Shown: positions 1-7,208 of the stretch, in pieces | Layout: each line of letters begins with the position of its first letter | Position numbering within the stretch: position 1 is the first letter of the stretch | Source of the DNA: Candidatus Acetothermia bacterium | GTDB lineage: Bacteria; Bipolaricaulota; Bipolaricaulia; M55B111 | Direction: 5' to 3' | Length of the DNA stretch: 15,343 nucleotides | Assembly: GCA_046543235.1 (NCBI GenBank) | Contig: JBKGZT010000035.1 | Location: 1 to 15,343, forward strand | Notes under the pieces: generated by a model | Database searches by the model: none | Seen by the model: the letters and a program-made list of their open reading frames with translations, nothing else | Told to the model about the DNA's origin: nothing | Position numbers and translations under genes: made by a program

Positions 1-55
1 CCGCACGTGTGGTTCGGAGGGAGGGGAGGCCCGAGAGGGTCTTTCCTACCCCTAT
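1..55 (+). mobile_element. 3' end of a group II intron (3' half of domain V, complete domain VI, 3' splice site); the rest lies upstream of the window
   Basis: 1-15 CCGC-AC-GTGTGGTTC matches the 3' strand of domain V with its AC bulge (5-6). A GGA linker follows at 16-18. Domain VI: 19-32 pairs with 37-51 (14 bp including G-U pairs), closed by a GAGA GNRA tetraloop (33-36), with one bulged A at 48. The intron ends ...CCCCTAT (AY) at 55. Confidence 0.9.
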
Positions 56-112
56 CGTCTATTTAAATATTCCTCTACCCCATCGTGAGGAAAATACTTA
101 CGTCCGTATAGA

Positions 113-155
113 TTTCTTTCCCCTTTGAAAGAGGGAAAGATAGAATGGGGGTGAA
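113..155. repeat. REP-like extragenic hairpin element
   Basis: TCTTTCCC (115-122) pairs with GGGAAAGA (133-140), with an inner CTT/AAG stem, followed by TAGAATGGGGGTGAA. The minus strand reads TTCACCCCCATTCTATCTTTCCCTCTTTCAAAGGGGAAAGAAA. Only one copy is in the window, so repeat status is inferred. Confidence 0.4.
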
Positions 156-171
156 GGTTAAAAAGAAACCC

Positions 172-348
172 CTACCTCACAAGCCACCAGCCTCTTACCG
201 CCGGAATTGCACCCATGGATAGTACGGAACCGGTTAGTTCCAGAACCAGCCAGGCAAGAGCGATTTCGTGAATTCCGTCGCCGATCCTCGATACCAGCTG
301 CCCCAGCCAGAGTTTTAAGAAGTCGGAGCATTTCGGGGTTCCTAACAT
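172..348 (-). pseudogene. Truncated MFS transporter (N-terminal fragment, 58 aa; not in the ORF track)
   Basis: Manual translation: MLGTPKCSDFLKLWLGQLVSRIGDGIHEIALAWLVLELTGSVLSMGAIPAVRGWWLVR*. The segment DFLKLWLGQLVSRIGD..IALAWLVLELTGS..MG is the typical TM1 to start-of-TM2 pattern of MFS_3/DHA3-like exporters. Similarity ends near position 200 and a stop follows. Confidence 0.75.
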
Positions 349-462
349 GTCTTATTCCCGTGGTCTTTGATCGGCTCCGGCAGCGTCAGCGGAGAACTAC
401 CGGAGGTGTGCTAAATGGAAAACCAGGATATTTTTTAATGAAACTTTGGCAGAAAGGTAAGT

Positions 463-837
463 TTACTTACCCAACCGGATTTCGACCCGACTGTTCCCGT
501 CCTCGATATCTACGAGCTTGCCGTCAAAAGTCCCACCTTCAATTTCTTCGATTACTTTCGAGAGGTCCACCCCTTTTTCGGAAAGCTTCGAGCGGGCCTT
601 TTCCGGGGTAATTTTCTTTAAGAACTTCGCCAGACCGATCGGAAAGGTTATATTTACCTCCTCCTCCCCGTCCTCGACGACGAGGATTTTGAGGAAGTTG
701 GCGTTACCGGGGGTATCTCCCTCTTTATCTTTTCCCCCTGACTCCTTTTCCAGCGAGGATAGAAGTTCGTTCGCTTCCTCGACGTCTATCTTTCCTTCGT
801 CCAGCATCTTCAGTACTATCTTGCGCTCTTCGTCCAT
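463..837 (-). CDS. SHOCT-like domain protein (YvlB/LiaX-like N-terminus), DUF2089-associated
   Basis: N-terminus EERKIVLKMLDEGKIDVEEANELL, an acidic linker, then a small domain (LKILVVEDGEEEVNITFPIGLAK...LVDIEDGNSRVEIRL). SD AAGGAGGT at 845-852 on the minus strand. Confidence 0.8.
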   Translation of the reverse strand: MDEERKIVLKMLDEGKIDVEEANELLSSLEKESGGKDKEGDTPGNANFLKILVVEDGEEEVNITFPIGLAKFLKKITPEKARSKLSEKGVDLSKVIEEIEGGTFDGKLVDIEDGNSRVEIRLGK

Positions 838-851
838 CTTGAAAACCTCCT

Positions 852-1229
852 TTAAAGTCTTTCTAACCTGTTTTTAGCTTCCTCGAACCCGATTTCGCCC
901 TCATCCAGCGCGTTCAGTACTTCCCTTCTTTTTTCGTCCTTTTCGTCACCCGGACTCTCCTCGGGTATGTAGCCGAGAGCTTCGATGACCTCGTCCAGTT
1001 TTTTTCGGACGGTAGGGTAGGATATACCAAGTTCTTCTTCGACTTCCTTGATGTTTCCCCGAAGACGGATAAAGATCTCGACAAATTCGCGTTGTTCTTC
1101 ATCCAGCCGGGAGAAGTTCCCGAGTTCAAACTGGCCTTTGACCTGAGTCCGACAGTTCGAACACTGGAGTTCGGTAACTCTCATTCTTTCACCACAAACA
1201 GGGCAACTTCCGATGACTTCTTTCTTCAT
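852..1229 (-). CDS. DUF2089 family protein (zinc ribbon + helix-turn-helix + SHOCT-like tail)
   Basis: CPVC...CSNC zinc ribbon, GNIKEVEEELGISYPTVRKKLDEVIEALG HTH signature, and C-terminal RREVLNALDEGEIGFEEA. SD-like GGGAGTGG upstream. Confidence 0.92.
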   Translation of the reverse strand: MKKEVIGSCPVCGERMRVTELQCSNCRTQVKGQFELGNFSRLDEEQREFVEIFIRLRGNIKEVEEELGISYPTVRKKLDEVIEALGYIPEESPGDEKDEKRREVLNALDEGEIGFEEAKNRLERL

Positions 1230-1259
1230 TCTTGACCACTCCCGTTTGACTTATGAGTT

Positions 1260-1288
1260 ATTATACACCCTTAGGTTAAATATGTCAA
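1260..1288 (-). promoter_or_regulatory. Consensus sigma70 promoter of the DUF2089 operon
   Basis: Minus strand reads TTGACA (1288-1283), 17 nt, TATAAT (1265-1260). The -10 box ends 30 nt upstream of the start codon. Confidence 0.85.
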
Positions 1289-1391
1289 AACCAAAATTTA
1301 GAAATTTAATATCTAGATAAATATTATTAATATCAGGCGAAACTGCCGGTCAGAATATTGCATATTGTACAGGGATCAATCTGCCCTTTTC

Positions 1392-1419
1392 TTGAAACCA
1401 CCGGTACCTGCTCTATAAT
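1392..1419 (+). promoter_or_regulatory. Sigma70 promoter of the ABC transporter operon
   Basis: TTGAAA (1392-1397), 16 nt, TATAAT (1414-1419). SD GGGAGGG at 1489-1495 precedes the ATG at 1501. Confidence 0.65.
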
Positions 1420-1500
1420 CCCATTAACAAAATTTCCGTATTGGGCGTCGGAACGCTCCTTCAATTAGCGGTTATTTGAACTAAATCCGGGAGGGAAAAG

Positions 1501-2541
1501 ATGAGAGGAGAGAAGAGTTTTCTGATCGGAAGTCTGGTTTTATTTCTGGTTATCGGTTTCGGCTTCACGGCTCCAGTTTACGGGCAAAACGATTCTTTCG
1601 AAGTGGCTTTTCTTGGGGACGTCTTCGGGACCGGTGGTTTCTGGGACCTGGCTAAGGACGGCGTCGAACGGGCTGAAGAACAGCTAGGAGTCAAGGTGAA
1701 GGTCGTGGAAATGGGGACGGAGCCCTCCAAGTGGAAACCGGCCATCCGGGGTATTGCGGCCGCCGGGAGATACGATTTGATAATTACCGGCGCGCCCCCC
1801 AAGGCCGACGTCCTTCAAGAAGTAGCCCCGAGTTTTCCGGACCAGAAGTTCCTGCTGTTTGACGCCGAACTGGAAGGGATCGACAACGTCCATTCCGTGA
1901 CTTACGCACAGAACGAAGGGGGGTTTCTCGGCGGCGTCTTTGCGGCGCTTGTTACCACCTATGAGGGTAACGAACTGGAATACGCAAACTCCGAAAAGAC
2001 CGTCGGGTTTATCGGATTGATGGACCACCCGTTGATCAACGACTTCCTGGAGGGCTATCGCCAGGGAGTAAATTACGTTGATCCGGAGGTAGAAGTACTT
2101 GTCTCCTACGTCGGAGACATGAATAACCCACCCAAAGCCAAAGAGCTGGCCAAGGTTCAGTTCGGGAAAGGCGCGGACATAATCTTTACTCCGGCATCGG
2201 CCAATAACATCGGCGTCGTAGAAGCGGCCGAAGACGAAGGGGGTTACGTTATTGGAAGCGACGCCAATCAGAACCCGCTTGCCCCGGGGATAGTGTTGAC
2301 CAGCGTGCTAAAAAAGGCCGACAAAACGGTTTTTCAGAGCGTAAAGAAAGCCCTCTCCGGACTCGACGAAATAGATTTTGGGGAGACGGACAGGCTGGGA
2401 TATCCGGAGGGTACGGGACTGGCAAAGGACGAGCACTACTCGGAACACGTACCCGGCGAAATCAAGCTAGAGGTCGCCGAGGCCGAACGAAGTATAGAGT
2501 CCGGAGAAATCGTCGTCGAGTCGGCAGTGGAAGGAGACTGA
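1501..2541 (+). CDS. BMP family (PnrA/Med-like) ABC transporter substrate-binding protein
   Basis: N-terminal signal peptide and BMP motifs FPDQKFLLFD, YAQNEGGFLGG, VGFIG, FLEGYRQGV, KAKELA...GADIIF, VIGSDANQ, LTSVLKK. First gene of an ABC operon. Confidence 0.9.
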   Translation: MRGEKSFLIGSLVLFLVIGFGFTAPVYGQNDSFEVAFLGDVFGTGGFWDLAKDGVERAEEQLGVKVKVVEMGTEPSKWKPAIRGIAAAGRYDLIITGAPPKADVLQEVAPSFPDQKFLLFDAELEGIDNVHSVTYAQNEGGFLGGVFAALVTTYEGNELEYANSEKTVGFIGLMDHPLINDFLEGYRQGVNYVDPEVEVLVSYVGDMNNPPKAKELAKVQFGKGADIIFTPASANNIGVVEAAEDEGGYVIGSDANQNPLAPGIVLTSVLKKADKTVFQSVKKALSGLDEIDFGETDRLGYPEGTGLAKDEHYSEHVPGEIKLEVAEAERSIESGEIVVESAVEGD

Positions 2542-2574
2542 TTTATCGTCGGGAACAACCGCCTGGAGAAGAGG

Positions 2575-4116
2575 ATGGAAACGCGCAAAGTACCTGAATA
2601 CCTCCTGGAAATGGAGGGAATAGACAAGACTTACCCGAACGGGGTCCAGGCCAACAGGGAAGTAGACCTGCGTGCAAAGCGGGGAGAGATCCACGGCCTG
2701 CTTGGCGAAAACGGCGCCGGCAAATCGACCCTGGTGAAAATCCTCTATGGGCTGGAGGAAAGGGACGGGGGCACGATAAAGCTGGATGGCGAAAAACGAG
2801 AGTTTCGTTCCCCGGAAGGGGCCATCCGCGCCGGTATCGGAATGGTCCATCAGCATTTCAGGCTTGCCCCCCGTTTCTCCGTTGCCGAGAACGTCGTCCT
2901 GGGACATGAGCCCAATTCAGGTATCAGGTTCGGGGAAGAAAGTGCGCTGGAAGCCACTCGGGATCTGGCGGAAGAATACGGGTTCGATTTGGACCCAGGG
3001 AAGCAGGTAGGTGAACTGTCCGCTGGAAAACGCCAGTACGTGGAGATCCTCCGTCTGCTTTACCAAGGTGCAGAGCTTTTGATCCTCGACGAACCAACGG
3101 CAGTACTCACGCCCCGGGAAACGGAGGAACTGATGGAATCCCTCCGCTTCCTGAGAGGAGAAGGCCACACCATCCTCTTAATAACCCATAAAATAGAGGT
3201 AGCTTTGAGCGTCTCCGACGTCATCACCGTGATGCGGGATGGAAGGATAGTTACCGGAAGAGAAGACACAGGGATAAGCGAAGAGGAAGTATCGAGGCTG
3301 ATGGTGGATCGGGAGATAGATCTGAACCTGGAGAAGGAACCCGTTCGGGAGGGAGGGGAGGTCCTCCGGGTGGAGGGGCTTTCGACCAGAAGCGAAGAAG
3401 GTTTCAGGGTGCTAAAGGACGTTTCGTTTTCGGTTCACGGGGGCGAGATATTCGGAGTTGCCGCCGTCCAGGGTAACGGACAGTCGGAGCTTGTGGAAGT
3501 CCTGGCCGGACTGCGCCGTCCCACGGAAGGAGAAATAACAATCGAGGGCGAGCCCGTACGGAACACGAATCCCCGCACAATGAGATCCCTTGGAATCAGC
3601 CACGTGCCGGAGGATCGGATGGCGATAGGCGTCGCAGGGGAAGCCACGGTGACCGAGAACCTGACCCTTCCTTACGTTGACGAACGTGAATACAGGAAGG
3701 CCGGGTTTCTGAAACGGGGGAGGCTCGACGGGAAATCGAAGGATTTGATCGAAAAATACGACGTACGGGTACAGGATGGAGGATCGTTAGTCAACTCGCT
3801 TTCCGGGGGGAACGTACAGAAGCTGATCCTGGCGCGTGAGCTTTCCCGCGATCCGGTCCTGTTACTGGCAGCCCAGCCAACTCGTGGCCTCGATATAAGG
3901 ACGAAGCGGTTCGTCTGGGAAGAACTCCTCGCCCGCCGATCCGGGGGATCCGCAGTACTCCTCGTATCGTCCGACCTTGAGGAAGTAAAAGGGCTCAGCG
4001 ACAGGCTCGGGGTGATGTACGAAGGAGAGATAGTTGCCGTTTTCGAAGAACCGGAGGAGCTAAGTGACGAAGAGATCGGCCTTTACATGACCGGGGTCAG
4101 GAAGGGAGAGGATTAA
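2575..4116 (+). CDS. CUT2-type nucleoside/sugar ABC transporter ATP-binding protein with two NBDs
   Basis: Walker A GENGAGKST, GIGMVHQHF, Walker B LLILDEPT, ITHK. The second NBD has a degenerate Walker A (AVQGNGQSE), LSGGNVQK and QPTRGLD. Confidence 0.95.
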   Translation: METRKVPEYLLEMEGIDKTYPNGVQANREVDLRAKRGEIHGLLGENGAGKSTLVKILYGLEERDGGTIKLDGEKREFRSPEGAIRAGIGMVHQHFRLAPRFSVAENVVLGHEPNSGIRFGEESALEATRDLAEEYGFDLDPGKQVGELSAGKRQYVEILRLLYQGAELLILDEPTAVLTPRETEELMESLRFLRGEGHTILLITHKIEVALSVSDVITVMRDGRIVTGREDTGISEEEVSRLMVDREIDLNLEKEPVREGGEVLRVEGLSTRSEEGFRVLKDVSFSVHGGEIFGVAAVQGNGQSELVEVLAGLRRPTEGEITIEGEPVRNTNPRTMRSLGISHVPEDRMAIGVAGEATVTENLTLPYVDEREYRKAGFLKRGRLDGKSKDLIEKYDVRVQDGGSLVNSLSGGNVQKLILARELSRDPVLLLAAQPTRGLDIRTKRFVWEELLARRSGGSAVLLVSSDLEEVKGLSDRLGVMYEGEIVAVFEEPEELSDEEIGLYMTGVRKGED

Positions 4117-4127
4117 CTGGAGGGAAG

Positions 4128-5195
4128 ATGAGGGTTACGAAGAACGTCGTTCTGGATTATCTCGGTACCTGGGTTGGACTCCTGGTTGCAGTGGCGATAG
4201 GGATGATCGTCGGCTTTGTGGCCGTTTTGTTGACCAGCTCGGAGCCCCTCTACGCGATCCAGGTATTCCTGACGGGCCCCTTTTCCAGCGTATACTGGTT
4301 TGGCACGACGATAAACCGAGCGATACCATTGATCTTCGTTGGGTTGGGGGTAGCCATAGCCTTCAAGGCTCGGGTATTTAACATCGGCGCCCAGGGACAA
4401 TTCTACCTGGGGGCGCTGGCTGGTACGTTGGTCGGCGTCTTTATTGGTCTACCGCCCGTACTCCACGTCCTGACGATCGTGCTTGTATCGGCCCTGGCGG
4501 GCGGGCTCTACGCGTTCTTGCCGGGGCTTTTCAAAGCTCGCTGGGGGACAAACGAGATCGTGACGACCCTCATGTTCAACTTCATCGCAATTCACCTGGT
4601 CTCGTACCTTCTGGCTAACGGATTTCAGGATAAGGCGGCAAACTACAACGTATCTCCAGAAGTTCGGAGCAGCGCACGTCTCCCGGAAGTAATGTCCCCG
4701 TCTCCACTGCATGCGGGAGTATTTCTCGCGGTCTTAGCCGTCGTCCTGTCCTACCTGTTTCTCGATCGATCGGTTTTCGGCTACAAGCTGAGGCTTTCCG
4801 GAATAAACCCGGACTTCTCGCGCTACGGAGGAATAAACCGTGGACTCATAATTGTCGGCGCGATAACCCTTAGCGGGGCACTTGCCGGGCTCGGCGGCGG
4901 GATCAGGATTATCGGGGTACAGGGCAAATTAACCGAGGGCTTCCTCCCGATGGTCGGATACGACGCGATAAACATATCGCTAATTGCCCGGAACAACCCC
5001 CTGGGCGTGATCCCGGCGGCTCTGTTTTTCGGGTACCTCGGGGTAGGGGGAGAGGTAGCCGGTATCCTTACCGACCTCTCGCCTCACGTCGTCAATCTGA
5101 TAAAGGCGGGAGTTTTCTATCTCGTCACGGCTCAGGCCCTATTCCAGTTCGTGAAGGGGCTAATCGAGAGGAATCCTGAGGAAGTGGCGGAATGA
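4128..5195 (+). CDS. Nucleoside-type ABC transporter permease 1
   Basis: Multiple TM segments; PLIFVGLGVAIAFKARVFNIGAQGQ, NEIVTTLMFNFIA, LSGALAGLGG, ARNNPLGVIPAALFFG. SD GGAGGG upstream. Confidence 0.93.
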   Translation: MRVTKNVVLDYLGTWVGLLVAVAIGMIVGFVAVLLTSSEPLYAIQVFLTGPFSSVYWFGTTINRAIPLIFVGLGVAIAFKARVFNIGAQGQFYLGALAGTLVGVFIGLPPVLHVLTIVLVSALAGGLYAFLPGLFKARWGTNEIVTTLMFNFIAIHLVSYLLANGFQDKAANYNVSPEVRSSARLPEVMSPSPLHAGVFLAVLAVVLSYLFLDRSVFGYKLRLSGINPDFSRYGGINRGLIIVGAITLSGALAGLGGGIRIIGVQGKLTEGFLPMVGYDAINISLIARNNPLGVIPAALFFGYLGVGGEVAGILTDLSPHVVNLIKAGVFYLVTAQALFQFVKGLIERNPEEVAE

Positions 5196-6118
5196 TGGAG
5201 GCACTTGAGTACCTGATACCGGCAGCTTTCCACGCCGCGACACCCATACTGTTTGCCGCCCTGGGTGGGCTGCTGACGGAGCTTGCCGGCTATATCAACA
5301 TCGGGCTCGAGGGGACGCTGCTGACGAGCGCCTTTTTTGCCGTGGTGGCCAGTATTGTCTTCGGGAACGCCTGGATCGGGCTCCTTGCCGGGGTTCTTTC
5401 CGGGATCCTGATATCACTCCTTCTGGCAGTTGTCCTGCTCAAGCTAAAAGCCAATGTCGTTATTGCCGGTTTTGCGACGAACCTGCTGGCCACGGGAGGT
5501 ACCGTATTTCTCACCTCTACCTGGTTTGGTGAAGAAGGTGTATTGCGTTCTCCGGATATGCCGGTAATTCCCAGGCTGGAATTGCCTTTGGTCGATCGTC
5601 TGCCGGTACTTGGCCAGGTACTCAGCGGACACAACTCCCTCGTCTACCTCGTCTGGATCTCGGCCGGGCTCGTCGCTTACCTCGTCTATCGTACCACCTG
5701 GGGCCTGCACCTTCGTGTAACGGGAGACAGCGAGAAGACCGCGGTCTCTACGGGGTTGAACGTCGACCGAATACGGTTGCAGGCCTTCCTGCTCAGCGGG
5801 GCCCTGGCCGGGTTTGGTGGCTCTTACCTCTCACTTGGACTGACCCACTTTTTCATGCGCGGGATGTCGGCGGGGCGGGGCTTTATCGCCCTCGCAGCAG
5901 TATATTTCGGCGGCTTCAATCCGCTGGGAGTCACCTTGACCTCGTTGCTTTTCGGGTTCGCCGAAGGGGTCTCTAACTACTTCCAGTCGTTTGGCTTGCC
6001 CTCACAGCTGCTCGAGATGATTCCCTACGTCCTGACCCTTTTGGCTCTTTTGCTATACTCCATCAGGGAGAGCCCGGACTATCGAAGGACGGAAAAAGAG
6101 AGTTCAAAATCGTTATAG
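5192..6118 (+). CDS. Nucleoside-type ABC transporter permease 2
   Basis: ATPILFAALGGLLTELAGYINIGLEG, TTWGLHLRVTG, MSAGRGFIALAAV, MIPYVLT. ATGA overlap with the upstream stop codon. Confidence 0.93.
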   Translation: MMEALEYLIPAAFHAATPILFAALGGLLTELAGYINIGLEGTLLTSAFFAVVASIVFGNAWIGLLAGVLSGILISLLLAVVLLKLKANVVIAGFATNLLATGGTVFLTSTWFGEEGVLRSPDMPVIPRLELPLVDRLPVLGQVLSGHNSLVYLVWISAGLVAYLVYRTTWGLHLRVTGDSEKTAVSTGLNVDRIRLQAFLLSGALAGFGGSYLSLGLTHFFMRGMSAGRGFIALAAVYFGGFNPLGVTLTSLLFGFAEGVSNYFQSFGLPSQLLEMIPYVLTLLALLLYSIRESPDYRRTEKESSKSL

Positions 6119-6131
6119 CGGGAGGTTTGTC

Positions 6132-7205
6132 GTGGACAGGAAGAGCTTATACGAGAGCGCAGCCGGATGCCTTGCCGGAGTTGCGATCGGGGACGCCATG
6201 GGCTTGCCGACACAGTTCATGACCCCGGAAGGGATAAGATCGGAGTTCGGCCGGATCGTGGACTTCGAAGCCCCGCCTGACTGGCACCCATACGGCGACT
6301 CACCGGCTGGTTCCGTTACCGACGATACCGAGCAGACCCTGGCGCTGACGGATGCCTTTATTTCAAAAGGAAGAGATCTCACCGCCGCTGAAGTTGGAAG
6401 AGCTTTGCTGGACTGGGCCAGAGGAAGGGATCTGCTGGGCACGGACGAGATCGGCCCAAGTACTGGAAGGGCTCTTCGCCAAATAGCCGGGGGAAAGGAC
6501 CCGAGAAAAACGGGCCTCAGGGGGACCACGAACGGAGCTTCCATGCGGATTAGCCCGGCTGGCCTGATCAACCCGCTGGAGGGAGAAGGTAAAAGGGAGG
6601 AATTGAGGCGGACGGTGAGAACCGTATGTACTCCGACACATAACACGCCGGTGGCGATCGGAGGAGCGACTGCTGTTGCAACAGCTATTGCAGAAGGTTT
6701 ATCCGGTAGTTCAGATATAGGCGATATAATGGATTCCGCAACAAGATCCGCCGAACTTGCCTTTGGCGAAGCGGAGGAGAGTTTGCCAGAGGTCTCCGAG
6801 GTAAACGAAGATGAGAAGATGGAAGTATTGCTGGGGAGGGTAAGTCCCTCGCTTTCCTCGCGGGTCGACCTGGCGCTGGATCTAGTGGGGGAGGTAAAGG
6901 ACGACGAACTACCCGGGGAACTATACCGGGTAGTCGGCACCGGCGTTGACACGATAGAAGCGGTTCCGGCGGCTCTAGCCCTGGTCAAAGGGAGTGAAGG
7001 GGATCCGATCAGGGCCGTCCGGTACGCCGCCAGTGCCGGAGGTGACACGGATACCGTCGGCGCGATAGCCGGAGGGATTGCGGGAAGCTACGCCGGTATC
7101 GAGGCTTTTCCGAATTCCTTTCTGAATCAAATAGAGGAGGTAAACGGTCTGCGGATAGAAAGATACGCGGAGGAACTAATAAAGCTGGTCGACACGGAGA
7201 GGTGA
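6132..7205 (+). CDS. ADP-ribosylglycohydrolase (DraG/ARH, YegU-like) family protein
   Basis: GVAIGDAMG, TDDTEQT, TNGASMR, TH and GGDTDTVGAIAGGIAG metal-binding motifs are all intact. GTG start with SD GGGAGGT. Confidence 0.93.
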   Translation: MDRKSLYESAAGCLAGVAIGDAMGLPTQFMTPEGIRSEFGRIVDFEAPPDWHPYGDSPAGSVTDDTEQTLALTDAFISKGRDLTAAEVGRALLDWARGRDLLGTDEIGPSTGRALRQIAGGKDPRKTGLRGTTNGASMRISPAGLINPLEGEGKREELRRTVRTVCTPTHNTPVAIGGATAVATAIAEGLSGSSDIGDIMDSATRSAELAFGEAEESLPEVSEVNEDEKMEVLLGRVSPSLSSRVDLALDLVGEVKDDELPGELYRVVGTGVDTIEAVPAALALVKGSEGDPIRAVRYAASAGGDTDTVGAIAGGIAGSYAGIEAFPNSFLNQIEEVNGLRIERYAEELIKLVDTER

Positions 7206-7208
7206 GTT

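Noticed and set aside
402..438. SD-like GGAGGTG followed by the mini-ORF MENQDIF*
   Set aside because: Only 7 codons, with no promoter or context. It cannot be distinguished from chance or decay.
207..877. Plus-strand ORFs 207-611 and 518-877
   Set aside because: They are antisense shadows of the MFS remnant and the SHOCT gene, with S/R/P-rich composition and no recognisable motifs.
6113..7048. 311-aa minus-strand ORF
   Set aside because: It is fully antisense to the motif-supported ADP-ribosylglycohydrolase and has the Ser/Pro-rich composition typical of shadow ORFs.
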